In this document: piece after piece, positions 62,751-64,000 of the stretch
Position numbering within the stretch: the stretch's first letter is position 1
How the letters are laid out: every line of letters starts with the position of its first letter
Origin: Pseudovirgaria hyperparasitica
Lineage: Eukaryota
Assembly: GCA_010093815.1 (NCBI GenBank)
Contig: ML996566.1
Reading direction: 5' to 3' (one strand)
DNA: 64,000 nt
Notes under the pieces: model-generated
What the model saw: the letters and a program-made list of their open reading frames with translations, nothing else
Told to the model about the DNA's origin: nothing
The model's database searches: none
Program-made: the position numbers and the translations under genes

Positions 62751-64000
62751 CATGCATGCACGTAGATCGATCGGACGGGTACACACCAGCCGAGGAGGCG
62801 AGCGCACACACAGACAGACCCGAAACACCTACTACTTCTTGCTGTCTTTGTGTGTATGTGACGAAACGCCCACTTCTTGCTGTCTTTGTGTGTATGTGTG
62901 TGTATGTGTATACGTATGAGAAGCTACTGGATCTATCTACTTCTACTTCTACCTCTACATCGACAAAGACATTTCACGAATAGACAAATAAACAAACCCA
63001 CACAAACACCCAACCCATGGCACTATACTATAATCCACCTCTCCATCCATCCATCCCTCTCCAAACGCATCAATAAACATATACCGCACAACCACAACCT
63101 CACACCAACCCCCCCTCTTCCCACCCACAATAACACCAACACGCTAAACCCCCAACACAAAGCAAGGAAAGGGCCCAACACAACGCAGCGGTGAGTGTGT
63201 GTGTGCGTGTGTGTGTGTGAAAAACAAGGCAAGAAAGCCGCCGAATCGAGCCATGTACGGATTGGCCCATGGACCTACTGTAGATCAGCGGTGTCAAAAG
63301 TCAAAGTGGCAGCGGAGTCGACTAATTACTGCGCGTGCGTTTGGGGGGCGGGAGGCGGGGCAATAGACGCAACATATCCAACGTGGGGGTTGTGGGATTT
63401 GAGTGAGTGAGGGGTTGGGTGAGGAGGGGTGAGTGAGTGGTGAGAGTGGTAAGAACCCAAGTATTGAAGTGAGGGGGGCATCAGTGGATAGCAGCATCGC
63501 ATCACATCATCCCACAGTCATGCCCGGACCAGGCTACTAGCTACCTATCTACCCTACCTACTACCTACCTAGCTAGGTACTCAGTACAAACAAAAGGAAG
63601 GAAAGGAAGGTTATCACGTATGAAGGAAGGAAGGAAGGAAGGTAAAGCAAGCGCAACGCTTTACCCAAGCGGGCAAGTGTATGCGGGCCTATTTTTTTTT
63701 TTCCTTCGTTGTTGGAATATTTCCGAATACTACATACAGTACATACATACTATTTGATACTACTTGATGTGTGGGCGTGGATCGCGATCGGGGTGGGTGT
63801 AGTTTGTATAGTGGGGTATAGATAGTTTAAGGTAGGGAGGGTAGAGAGAGAGGGCGATATAAGGCATATACTGGACTGTGGTATACATGCATAGAGGCCG
63901 CATCGATGCGTGCGTGCATGACGCGTGGATCCAAGGAGTGGAGTGGGAGTGGAGTCGGGAGTGGAGGGGTGGTAGGTGGGCAGATGACAGATGACAGATG
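62560..64000. repeat. Dense mixed microsatellite/low-complexity region, including a ~38-bp tandem duplication (62821-62898)
   Basis: (GACAT)n, (CTCTG)n, (GCAA)n, (TG)n, (CTAC)n, (GAAG)n and (GGAGT)n. acttcttgctgtctttgtgtgtatgtg occurs twice. Confidence 0.85.

Noticed and set aside
1..64000. CRISPR array, Starship captain, intact transposase/RT or secondary-metabolite cluster
   Set aside because: No repeat-spacer array, tyrosine recombinase, transposase, RT, PKS or NRPS motifs seen.

Overview
Eukaryotic DNA from a filamentous ascomycete (Pezizomycotina; Dothideomycetes is my inference). It has short GT-AG introns of about 45-100 nt, a dispersed 5S rRNA gene and AT/TpA-rich patches typical of RIP. 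I can support about 20 spliced protein genes: a GPI-type Cu-only SOD, an RtcB-family RNA ligase, MRPS5, TRM2, ALDH, YRA1, VPS11, an ML-like secreted protein, SEN54, an HMG-box TF, PSF1, VSB1, a PH protein, a UBTD-like protein, UMP1, a UBL3-like protein, DUF92/TMEM19, BGL2, a phytase, a small secreted Cys protein, a CLE-type cutinase and an orphan kinase. There is also one 5S rRNA, one intron-containing tRNA-Leu(UAG), a tRNA-like Pol III element and several TE relics. The most striking item is an intact bacterial RtcB2-type (PrfH-coupled family) RNA ligase at 4359-6091. It is fused through an intron to an extra ~100-aa N-terminal domain, in a lineage that normally splices tRNA with Trl1, and sits next to 5S rRNA, MRPS5 and TRM2. 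Gene models were assembled by eye from splice signals and remembered family motifs; no database searches were run.
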